This document shows positions 44,087-51,229 of a stretch of 57,468 nucleotides of DNA, piece after piece. The stretch is from a virus (taxonomy: Duplodnaviria; Caudoviricetes): IMG/VR virus record IMGVR_UViG_3300043099_000120, positions 1 through 57,468 of that record; one strand, given 5' to 3'. Within the stretch, counting starts at the first letter, position 1. Every line of letters starts with the position of its first letter. The translations under genes and the position numbers were made by a program. A model generated the notes under the pieces. That model searched no databases. It saw only the letters and a program-made list of their open reading frames with translations, and was not told the origin of the DNA.

Positions 44087-44274
44087 GTTTATGCCCGCAG
44101 TGTGGGGCCTGGGAAAGCAAGACCCTGGAAACGAGGAAAGACACGCGATTCAACTGGAGATGGAGACGACGCAGATGCCTGGATTGCAGAACGATCTTCG
44201 AGACTTACGAGATCCCGACGACCGCAATAGAGGAGACCGATCCGATCAACCCGAACGGCAAGCTCGAGCGGTAG
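44083..44274 (+). CDS. NrdR-N-like zinc-ribbon protein
   Basis: CPQCG...TLETR...RRRRCLDC...FETYE; AGGAGG RBS. Confidence 0.8.
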   Translation: MSLCPQCGAWESKTLETRKDTRFNWRWRRRRCLDCRTIFETYEIPTTAIEETDPINPNGKLER

Positions 44275-44408
44275 ACGTAGTCGAAGCAAGCCTGACCGCG
44301 GTGATCACGGCGAAGCAGCGGATCGGAGGGCACGAGCGAGACATTAAGACGCTCCAGGACGCGATCAATCTGTGGACTAATAGGCACCGCCTATCGGGGT
44401 TCGAGGAG

Positions 44409-44464
44409 CGATGAAAAAATAGTTGGCGAACAACTTACACAAGCAAAGCGAAATGCTTTACAGT
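44409..44464 (+). promoter_or_regulatory. Repeated early promoter module, copy 3
   Basis: CGATGAAAAAAT, then TTACAC (44435)-N18-TACAGT (44459). Confidence 0.6.
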
Positions 44465-44512
44465 TCTATCCATGCACTGCATCCCGCGGTGCAAGACAGC
44501 GAAGGAACAGCT

Positions 44513-44698
44513 ATGTTGACAACCAGCATGAACATCCACGACGTCACCAAAATCACGGTCGAACCTGAGTGCGTTAACAAGACTTACGGCGCACGTACGA
44601 TTCGTATCGAAACCGAAACAGGTGCGATCGAGATCACACTGTTCAGCAAGAGGCAGGAAGAGGACGACGAAAAACGGTACATGTCGTTTGTGATTTAA
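44513..44698 (+). CDS. Hypothetical early protein
   Basis: ACAGCGAAGGA box before ATG 44513; MLTTSMNIHDVTKI...EITLF. Confidence 0.75.
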   Translation: MLTTSMNIHDVTKITVEPECVNKTYGARTIRIETETGAIEITLFSKRQEEDDEKRYMSFVI

Positions 44699-44703
44699 CC
44701 AAT

Positions 44704-44719
44704 AGGGGCTCCGGCCCCT
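44704..44719 (+). promoter_or_regulatory. Intergenic hairpin
   Basis: aggggc-tccg-gcccct directly before an ACAGCGAAGGA box. Confidence 0.5.
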
Positions 44720-44739
44720 CTTACAGCGAAGGAAAAGCC

Positions 44740-44928
44740 ATGTTGTTGATTGAAGCAGTGAAGAGCGTAAAAATCTCAGCGGTGCGTAACTCGCGCTGCT
44801 ACGGCGAGCCAACGGTGTTCGCGATGATTGTCGATGACGAAACCGGATACGCAAACGAGATTGAGTTCGCCGACCGCGCCGAAGCGCAGCGGTTCTGCGA
44901 CGCTATCAACCAAAGGAACATCAAATGA
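44740..44928 (+). CDS. Hypothetical protein
   Basis: ACAGCGAAGGA box; ...EFADRAEAQRFCDAIN. Confidence 0.75.
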   Translation: MLLIEAVKSVKISAVRNSRCYGEPTVFAMIVDDETGYANEIEFADRAEAQRFCDAINQRNIK

Positions 44929-45071
44929 AAGCACTCATCTTTGCAATCGGCCTCCTGACCTCAGGGGTAGCAGCAGCTGCCTGCACGACTCACACTTACT
45001 TCGTCAACGGCCGCATGGTTATGTGTACCACCTGCTGCTTCGGCGGTAACTGCACAACTAACTGCATCTGA
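44925..45071 (+). CDS. Exported Cys-rich mini-protein (48 aa, 6 Cys); absent from the ORF track
   Basis: AAAGGA RBS, ATGA overlap; MKALIFAIGLLTSGVAAAACTTHTYFVNGRMVMCTTCCFGGNCTTNCI. Confidence 0.75.
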   Translation: MKALIFAIGLLTSGVAAAACTTHTYFVNGRMVMCTTCCFGGNCTTNCI

Positions 45072-45118
45072 CTTACACTCTCCGGTAAAATCCACTGGAA
45101 CACTTACCGGAGAGGACT

Positions 45119-45736
45119 ATGGCCAAGCCAGAAACCCCGCAGAAGCCACCAAAACGCGCTACAAGCCGCAAACAGCCCGCGGCAATACCAAAGCAGCCAG
45201 AACAACAACAAACGGCTGCAAAGCCTAAAATCGGCCGCCCAAGCAAATACACGCCAGAGCTAGCAGCTGAGATCTGCGAACGCCTGGGTAACGGTGAGCC
45301 ATTACGCCAGATCTGCCGTGATGACCATATGCCTGCATGGCAGAAGATCTACGAATGGATGGGAAAGGACGACGCTCTTGGGGAGCGCGGCACCGGCCTT
45401 TCGGGAGCAATCGCGCGTGCGCGTGAGCTCGGATACGACGCCATTGCCGAGGAGTGCCTGCTCATTGCCGACAACCCGCGGTACGGGGAAAAGCAGGTGA
45501 TGACTGACCAGGGAACGGCAACGACGGTCGAGGACATGCTCGGGCACCGCAAGCTCCAGATCGAGACGCGACTCAAGCTTCTGGCCAAGTGGAACCCCAA
45601 GAAGTACGGCGACCGCGTGGCCCTGGCCGGCGATGCTGACAACCCGATCAAGATCGAGGCTGAGACGCAGGCGGACAGGCTGATTAACGCGCTCTTACAG
45701 AACGCCGAACTACGCAAGCAAAGTGAATCTCGCTGA
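45119..45736 (+). CDS. terS: Terminase small subunit (P22/Sf6-like)
   Basis: GRPSKYTPELAAEICERL..GEPLRQIC....MP...RKLQIETRLKLLAKWNPKKYGD; upstream of TerL. Confidence 0.88.
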   Translation: MAKPETPQKPPKRATSRKQPAAIPKQPEQQQTAAKPKIGRPSKYTPELAAEICERLGNGEPLRQICRDDHMPAWQKIYEWMGKDDALGERGTGLSGAIARARELGYDAIAEECLLIADNPRYGEKQVMTDQGTATTVEDMLGHRKLQIETRLKLLAKWNPKKYGDRVALAGDADNPIKIEAETQADRLINALLQNAELRKQSESR

Positions 45737-47147
45737 TCTTGCGGAGCCTGATGTCCAGGCGGCACTGAAGGCGCTGCCACCTTACAAGAGGCTGGCAACC
45801 GCATGGCGTCTGACTTGGTTACAGAAGGCCCTGAAGCATCAGGTGGTCCCCCCAGGCGATTGGTGGTCCATCTGGCTGATGCTTGCCGGCCGCGGTGCCG
45901 GTAAGACCAGGACGGCCGCAGAACAACTTGGCTGGTGGGCCTGGGAGTACCCGAAGACACGGTGGCTCGTTGCTGCCCCGACTTCCGCGGACGTGCGGAG
46001 CACCTGCTTCGAGGGCGACAGTGGCTTGGTGTCAGTGATTCCGGCTCCGTTAATAGAAGATTACAACAAGGCTTTACACGAACTGCGCCTAGTCAACGGG
46101 AGCCTGATTAAGGGCATCCCGGCCTCGGAGCCCGAGCGCTTCCGGGGGCCTCAGTTCCACGGGGGTTGGTGCGATGAGCTCGCCGCTTGGGAGTACCTGC
46201 AAGAGGCCTGGGACATGATGCAGTTCGGCCTGCGACTGACCCTCGGGCCGGACTTTAAGACGAAGTTAATCTGCACCACAACGCCGAAGCCGAAGGACCT
46301 GATCCTCGAGCTGATCAACCGCGAGGGTGATGACGTTGTACTTACAACAGCGTCAACCTACGACAACATCGAGAACCTGTCGGAGAACTTCCGCCGGCAG
46401 ATTCTGGCCTACGAAGGCACGAAGCTTGGCAGGCAGGAGATCTACGCGGAGATCATCGATCCCGAGGAGGGCGGCATCGTCAAGCGGGATTGGTTCCGCC
46501 TGTGGCCGGATGGCAAGCCGTTCCCGAAGTTCGAGTACATCATCCAGTCATACGACTGCGCAGCCACCGAGAAAACACAGAACGACCCGACCGCCTGCAC
46601 CGTCTGGGGAGTCTTCAAGCCGCTGGATGGCCCGATGTCGGTGATGCTGATCGACGCATGGCAGGACCGCTTGCAGTACCCGGACCTCCGGCCGAAGGTG
46701 GTCGAGGAGTACGGCGTGGTCTTCGGCGAGGGCAAGGAAAAGAAGCGGGTGGACCTGATCCTGATCGAGGACAAGTCGGCCGGTCAGGCGCTCATCCAGG
46801 ACTTGCAAAGGGCTCATCTGCCGGTCATGGCCTACAACCCTGGCCGGGCGGACAAGATCCAGCGGCTGAACATCGTCAGCAACATCATCGCCCGCGGCCG
46901 TGTCTGGATACCCGAGAGCAGCCAGCGCAAGGGGTTCGTCCGCGACTGGGCCGAAGGATTCGTCAGCCAGATCTGTAGCTTCCCTGAGACGACGCACGAC
47001 GACTTCGTTGACACCTGCTCCCAGGCTTTGCGGTACCTGCGTGACGCCAGCTGGCTCGAGATCGATCCGCCGCCGGACGACGACTGGGACGAGGACGATT
47101 ACGTAGACAGTGGCCGAGGAAGGCGAGCAAACCCGTATGCTCAATAG
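45723..47147 (+). CDS. terL: Terminase large subunit
   Basis: Walker A AGRGAGKT, Walker B WCDE, TTTP, nuclease motifs QSYD...ND.TA, IEDKSAG, HDDFVDT.SQAL. Confidence 0.95.
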   Translation: MNLADLAEPDVQAALKALPPYKRLATAWRLTWLQKALKHQVVPPGDWWSIWLMLAGRGAGKTRTAAEQLGWWAWEYPKTRWLVAAPTSADVRSTCFEGDSGLVSVIPAPLIEDYNKALHELRLVNGSLIKGIPASEPERFRGPQFHGGWCDELAAWEYLQEAWDMMQFGLRLTLGPDFKTKLICTTTPKPKDLILELINREGDDVVLTTASTYDNIENLSENFRRQILAYEGTKLGRQEIYAEIIDPEEGGIVKRDWFRLWPDGKPFPKFEYIIQSYDCAATEKTQNDPTACTVWGVFKPLDGPMSVMLIDAWQDRLQYPDLRPKVVEEYGVVFGEGKEKKRVDLILIEDKSAGQALIQDLQRAHLPVMAYNPGRADKIQRLNIVSNIIARGRVWIPESSQRKGFVRDWAEGFVSQICSFPETTHDDFVDTCSQALRYLRDASWLEIDPPPDDDWDEDDYVDSGRGRRANPYAQ

Positions 47148-47173
47148 ACTTGACAGGCCTGGGCCGATATGAT
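47145..47173 (+). promoter_or_regulatory. Possible sigma70 promoter for the cargo/portal genes
   Basis: TAGACT-N17-TATGAT. Confidence 0.4.
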
Positions 47174-47198
47174 GCCGGGATATTAACCGGGGGGATCG

Positions 47199-49724
47199 AT
47201 GGAACCCGTCCGTGAAGACGAGATGAAAGCCTACGAGCCGACGATGCGAGAGCGAATCGCGTCTGGCTTGCAGTCAGCGTTCGAGGGCCTGGGAGCCAAC
47301 CGTTACAAGGCCCGGCAGCGAGCGCAGACAATCACTGGTGGTCAGAGCAGCAACCTCCCGCTCGGCATGGGCGTGGCGGATGTTGTCTCCGCGGTCAGCC
47401 TGCCGGCCACGATGGCCATGGCCCCGATCTACGCCGAAGAGGGTATCCGTGACATCAAGTCGGCTGGACAAGCAGCCGGACGAGGCGACTACGTCGGCGC
47501 GGGTGTTGAGGGCCTGTTCGGGGCGCTAAACCTCCTGCCGGCCGTCAGTGGCGTGACAGGATTAGCCAGAAGGGCGATCGGCCAACCAATCAAACCGCCA
47601 GCAATACCGGACACTCCCAGAATTACAGAGAGCCCATATGAAACAGCCCAAGAAGGACCGTTCTACCGAGTCAAGCCGCGATTTGCTCAAGAGGCTGGAC
47701 CAAAAGCTCGCGGAATACGAGAAGAAGTACCAGCCGAGCCTGTCGGAGGACCAGCTGGCGGCGATGTTCCGCAACCAGCTCAGATCGATGCCAAGGCGCT
47801 GATTGCCGACCCGACGAACTTCGTCAGGCGGGCGGCAGACGATTACAGCCAGCGGGCGCTAGGCAAGCCCTATGAGCTGCCGAAGATGCCGAAGGCGGCG
47901 CTCGCCAAGCAGAGCGGTATCGGTCGCACCTTCCAGCTGGCAGCGTCGGATGACCCAGGATACAAGCGAGCGGTCTTCGAGGCATATGGGCGGCAGTTCC
48001 CGGACATCGTCGAGGCCACAGGCGCTCAGAACTACGATCAGCTGATGGAGGCGGCGTACCGGCAGCTGGCCAAGGAGACCAAGGACCAGTTCGATACGCT
48101 GCCGATCAATATGTCGTTCTATCGGGGCGGTGAAGGCGCATACGAGAACAGCCCGCAGATGCTGCGAGACGTGTACGGCAACCGGCATATGTACGTCTAC
48201 CAGGGAGGCCAGCCGCATGACTTCCTGAACGCCGTCGATCCGAACACGGGATTGAATGCCAACGAGATGTTCCGGGCAGTGCATGACTTCTACGGGCATG
48301 CGGTGCATGGCAACCCGTTTGGCCCAAAGGGCGAAGAGATCGCCTATGGGGCGCACTCGCAGATGTTCTCGCCGCTCGCCAGGATGGCGATGGCCAGTGA
48401 GACGCGGGGCCAGAATTCGTTCGTCAACTATACGCCGCTGAACGCCGAATTGATGCAGCGCATCAACAGGATGAACGGCGTTCGATACGAAGCGAAGCGG
48501 GCGCGGGATCAGAAGACGGTCGCGGAGATGGACGCCCTGCTACGTGAAGCCTGGGGCGGCTTTCAGTTTGCGCCGCAAAAGAGTCTGCTGCTGCCGCCGG
48601 AGTACCTCGATCCACAGTTTACGGGCGGCGTGCCAAGCTACATCCAGCCGTTGATCAAGCCGGAGCCCGGCACGACGACCGCGGAGAGGCTGACGCACTT
48701 CAGCCAGTCGCCGGAGCTCGAGGCGCTCGATCCACGGCGTTACGGCACAGGGATTGCTGGCGAGGAAATGGGCCGGCTGAAGTACACGCAGAACCCGGTG
48801 ATGGAACGGTCCTACTTCTACACCGGCGAGAACCCGCGGCCGGAGCCCGGCCTGGGGCCGTACCGGTACGGTGCTGAGAGCCAGGGGCTGTATAACCTCG
48901 AGGAAGATCCTGTGCGGTTGCGGACGCTGGCAGCTGAAGCGAACCGCACGCCTTACACGTCACCGTACAACCAAGGGATCACCGATCCGGGTCAGACGAT
49001 CACTGACATCGAGCGTATGGCCAAAGAATACGGATACGAAGGGATTGTGAATCCTCAGCAGCGGACGGCGGTGATGTTCAACCCGACGCCAGTGCAACGG
49101 TATCAGCGCGGCGGAGCCGTGAAACAGAAGGTCAAAGGGGCGTTGAGACAAGCCATCGACATTCTGTCGCCAGCAGAACGCGAAGCCAACAAGGCGAAGT
49201 TTTTGGAAGAGAGCAAGGTGCAAGAGCGGTTGTATCACGCGACCCCGAGAGACTTCTCAGAGTTCATGCCGGGCGGAGAAAACCCGGCTGTCAGTGGGCC
49301 GGCAATCTGGATGTCACCGAGCGCGACAAACCAGCCGGCGGCTCACAACATCAGAACCATCCCTGGTAAGCCTGGGCATGTCTATCGCGATCCGAAAATG
49401 TATACGCCGGGCACGAACGTCATGCCGTTGTATTCGTCAATCAAGAACCCAGTGGTTGCAACTGAGGCGACATGGAAACAAGACTTCAAGCCGTTTGGTG
49501 GAGGAAGCCCATGGACGATGACGGCGGAAGAAGTGCAGCGGATGAAAGAAGCTGGCCATGATGGGATTCTGTACTACAACAAGAACGGCGCTCTTGAGGA
49601 AGTGATTGCGTTCGAGCCGCAACAAGTCAAGTCAGCGATCGGCAACCGAGGAACTTACGACCCGGCCGAACGAGACATCACGAAAGCCCGCGGCGGTTTA
49701 GCGGCCATTACACGGAGAAAATAA
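47199..49724 (+). CDS. Polyvalent protein: HDxxGH metallopeptidase-like domain, ART-like domain and ART-PolyVal-like ADP-ribosyltransferase
   Basis: FRAVHDFYGH...GEE.AY..H...ETRGQN; LTHFS...RSYFY...GYEG; LYHAT...F..F...VMPLY..IKNP...GHDG...AFEPQQVKSAIGNRGTYD. Confidence 0.65.
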   Translation: MEPVREDEMKAYEPTMRERIASGLQSAFEGLGANRYKARQRAQTITGGQSSNLPLGMGVADVVSAVSLPATMAMAPIYAEEGIRDIKSAGQAAGRGDYVGAGVEGLFGALNLLPAVSGVTGLARRAIGQPIKPPAIPDTPRITESPYETAQEGPFYRVKPRFAQEAGPKARGIREEVPAEPVGGPAGGDVPQPAQIDAKALIADPTNFVRRAADDYSQRALGKPYELPKMPKAALAKQSGIGRTFQLAASDDPGYKRAVFEAYGRQFPDIVEATGAQNYDQLMEAAYRQLAKETKDQFDTLPINMSFYRGGEGAYENSPQMLRDVYGNRHMYVYQGGQPHDFLNAVDPNTGLNANEMFRAVHDFYGHAVHGNPFGPKGEEIAYGAHSQMFSPLARMAMASETRGQNSFVNYTPLNAELMQRINRMNGVRYEAKRARDQKTVAEMDALLREAWGGFQFAPQKSLLLPPEYLDPQFTGGVPSYIQPLIKPEPGTTTAERLTHFSQSPELEALDPRRYGTGIAGEEMGRLKYTQNPVMERSYFYTGENPRPEPGLGPYRYGAESQGLYNLEEDPVRLRTLAAEANRTPYTSPYNQGITDPGQTITDIERMAKEYGYEGIVNPQQRTAVMFNPTPVQRYQRGGAVKQKVKGALRQAIDILSPAEREANKAKFLEESKVQERLYHATPRDFSEFMPGGENPAVSGPAIWMSPSATNQPAAHNIRTIPGKPGHVYRDPKMYTPGTNVMPLYSSIKNPVVATEATWKQDFKPFGGGSPWTMTAEEVQRMKEAGHDGILYYNKNGALEEVIAFEPQQVKSAIGNRGTYDPAERDITKARGGLAAITRRK

Positions 49725-51226
49725 TGTCACTCGACCGCCTGAAGCGCCTGCTTGGCGAAGAGCCCAGTGCCATCAAGCCATTCCCGACGACGGTAAAGAT
49801 GGCCCGCGGCGGAGCGGCAAAGCAGGAAGTCAAAGAGTCACTGTTGCAAGCGATCAATTCGATCCGCGATAAGTTTGCAAAGAAGGCCGAAAAAACTAAG
49901 GGTGAGCCAATTGCAAATGAGCGGACGATCACGTCAGCGGTAACTCGAGCAGCGGCGGATATTCAAAAGGCCAATCCGAAGATGGCGGATGCCGATGTTG
50001 CCAAGCGGGCAGAGCGCGAGGCACTGTCGCGGCTAACTTGGGAACGGTCCGAGAAGCCTGACATCGAGGCAAGATACGGATTGCTTGAGCAGTCATCGTT
50101 CCGTGACCCGTTGGCCAAGCGACTGCGCAACCTACCGGAGGTGGTAGAGCAGCGAGCCAGGAGGGCGGAAGAGTTCCTTGCGCAGCCTACAGAGCCCTGG
50201 AAGCCGCCGCCTCCCGAGTTGCAGGCGTTCGACCGGTCGCTCATCAAGGATGCGCTGGAAGGATTCCCAGGGATCGAGCAGACCCGGTTCCCGCGGTACC
50301 AGCCGGCACGTGCGGACACCGGGTACATCGACGAGATCTACGATGACCCGAGGAATCGCGAGCTGATCAAGAAGCAGATCCAGCGCGGTCTGCCGTTAGG
50401 CGGCGAGACCTTCTATGCCAGTCTGTATCCACTGAAGGTCGCGGCCATGGAGCGCGGCATACCGGCAGAGGCCTTCGAGCAGTTTGTGTATCAGACCGCA
50501 CCGGCTAGCGCCCGCAACAGCATCATGAATGAGATGGCCGTGGGGCAGTTCCTGCGGGACATGAAGGCGCGGGGATTGCCGCTCGATGAAGACACGGTCA
50601 AAGCGGAGATGGATCTCTTCAAGACTAAGTATGGAACGGGCCTGCCACTAATGCCGGTGCATCGCGAAGGCGTGCGGCAGGTAATTGAAGGCGGCTTGAA
50701 TATGCGCGACATGTTGAAAGCCGACATCCCGACAAACTACAAGATCCCAACGTATGGCACGCAGAAGGCAGGCGACTTCGGCAAGAGCATGGTGCTGGAC
50801 GTGCATGAGTCAGCGGGGCAAACGCAAGGCAGTCGCTATCATCCATACTTCACTGAGCAAGGTGGATTTGGGCCGACAGAATATGGTGCGGCCGAGAGCA
50901 AGATGCTTGACATCGCCAACGAGCTGGGTATTCCAGGCGGTATGGCGCAAGCCGGACGATGGTTTGGTGGCGGCGAATTGACCGGATTGAAATCTCCCCG
51001 CGGGGACGCGCTAGACCTATTGGAAAGGCAGGCGGCGTATACCATGCAGGGCCTGGGAATCAAACCAACGCCAGCAAATATTCGGAACTACCTGCTGGAT
51101 ATGATCGAAACCGGGGAGGGCGTGTTGATGCCGTATTTCAAATCAACGCCCTTGCCAGATGTTCGCACGCAGAAAAAAGAGGGCGGCGAAGTAAAATCTG
51201 GGCTGTCCGTACTGAAAAGGGCGTAA
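49724..51226 (+). CDS. Cargo-like protein with an HhH-GPD/glycosylase-like C-terminal signature
   Basis: K..TY....G.....VLDVH...Y...E..M..IA.ELG.....AQA..W; flanked by MARGG and KKEGG. Confidence 0.5.
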   Translation: MSLDRLKRLLGEEPSAIKPFPTTVKMARGGAAKQEVKESLLQAINSIRDKFAKKAEKTKGEPIANERTITSAVTRAAADIQKANPKMADADVAKRAEREALSRLTWERSEKPDIEARYGLLEQSSFRDPLAKRLRNLPEVVEQRARRAEEFLAQPTEPWKPPPPELQAFDRSLIKDALEGFPGIEQTRFPRYQPARADTGYIDEIYDDPRNRELIKKQIQRGLPLGGETFYASLYPLKVAAMERGIPAEAFEQFVYQTAPASARNSIMNEMAVGQFLRDMKARGLPLDEDTVKAEMDLFKTKYGTGLPLMPVHREGVRQVIEGGLNMRDMLKADIPTNYKIPTYGTQKAGDFGKSMVLDVHESAGQTQGSRYHPYFTEQGGFGPTEYGAAESKMLDIANELGIPGGMAQAGRWFGGGELTGLKSPRGDALDLLERQAAYTMQGLGIKPTPANIRNYLLDMIETGEGVLMPYFKSTPLPDVRTQKKEGGEVKSGLSVLKRA

Positions 51227-51229
51227 GCC

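Noticed and set aside
44275-44414. Possible small ORF after the zinc-ribbon gene
   Set aside because: No convincing start or RBS, and it runs into promoter module 3.
47150-47173. TTGACA paired with TATGAT as a promoter
   Set aside because: The spacing is only 12 nt; the TAGACT-N17-TATGAT reading is reported instead, at low confidence.
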